A stretch of 64,000 bases of DNA from positions 186,001 through 250,000 of the forward strand of contig NIVC01000149.1 in NCBI GenBank assembly GCA_002269645.1. The letters run 5' to 3'. Positions 63,452 through 64,000 of this stretch are shown here, one piece after another (the first letter of the stretch is position 1; every line of letters starts with the position of its first letter). This DNA is from Macrostomum lignano (lineage: Eukaryota). Below the pieces are notes generated by a model. That model had not been told where the DNA came from and searched no databases. It saw nothing but the letters and a program-made list of their open reading frames with translations. Both the position numbers and the translations under genes were made by a program.

Positions 63452-64000
63452 CTGCAGACCGAACGGGACCACAAAGATCCCAAAGCCTTTGTAGTAGATG
63501 GCAAAGTTGGCCAGCCTGTTCTCAGTTGTTGCATTGCAGGTCACGTGACAGGTGCGCCACAGGTGCAGCCCTGCCGACTGTCCCGCCGTTGATGCGCTGT
63601 CATTTTGTCGCGAGTGCCACTCCTCGGCGACATCGTAGACGACGGCAGCCGGCGCGTTGAGCGCCAGTCCGGCCACGCAGACGGCCAGCACGGCGCCGAC
63701 AGTTTCGCGGACGCAGCCGCGGGCGGCGAAGCGCAGCGGCCTCCAGACGCCCAGAAGCCTGTCGACAGTGAAGGCTAGAAGCAGATGGGCAGACACGAAT
63801 AGAAAGTAGTTCTGTAGGAACTCCAGCAGCTTGCAGCTGGCCACGCTGACCGTGTCAAGCTTCAGCACCGCCCGGCCGGTCGCGTGCATCAGTCCGCGAC
63901 CGAGGAAGTCGTCCAGCAGGCCGCTGACCAGCAGAACTCCGGCGTCTGACACGGCCAGCGCCGAGCAATAGATTCCGAATCTGTTCCAGCGGCTGAGCCG
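63452..64000 (-). CDS. Class A GPCR exon (TM2 to TM5), 5' end beyond the window
   Basis: ALAVSD (TM2), SCKLLEF (TM3 Cys), FTVDRLLGVWRPL (DRY-like), WRTC (ECL2 Cys), IFVVPFGLQ (TM5); CAG|GTCAG donor, phase 0, in frame with the 62640 exon. Confidence 0.92.

Overview
Eukaryotic (animal) genomic DNA, not prokaryotic; no CRISPR, rRNA or intact tRNA genes were seen. GC3-rich exons in minisatellite/(TCTG)n-filled introns, a TTAGGG tract and a divergent orphan peptide-type GPCR fit a free-living flatworm such as Macrostomum (inference only). Layout: a >=7.7 kb 33-bp satellite; a large repeat-rich regulatory domain around a divergent TALE homeobox gene, possibly joined to an upstream three-C2H2-finger exon (16.5-25.8 kb); an intronless neuropeptide precursor with the NPY/NPF helix signature but two Cys and a GGWW-amide end (28802-29074), lying between two complementary, oppositely oriented RTE LINE pieces; a MITE cluster; a decayed 4.3 kb Mag-like Ty3/Gypsy element; a Mutator/foldback-like element; co-oriented SF3B4, PBDC1 and a 74-aa ORF; a Fe65/APBB gene (WW-PTB-PTB); an 88-aa type I membrane microprotein; SINE pieces; and a class A GPCR (minus strand, cut by the window edge) whose stop codon lies inside a 20-bp tandem array. 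Most long ORFs in the supplied track are tandem-repeat artefacts. Best candidates for novelty: the putative Cys-stapled NPY-fold WWamide peptide and the putative C2H2+TALE architecture. All calls are by eye; no alignments or searches were run.
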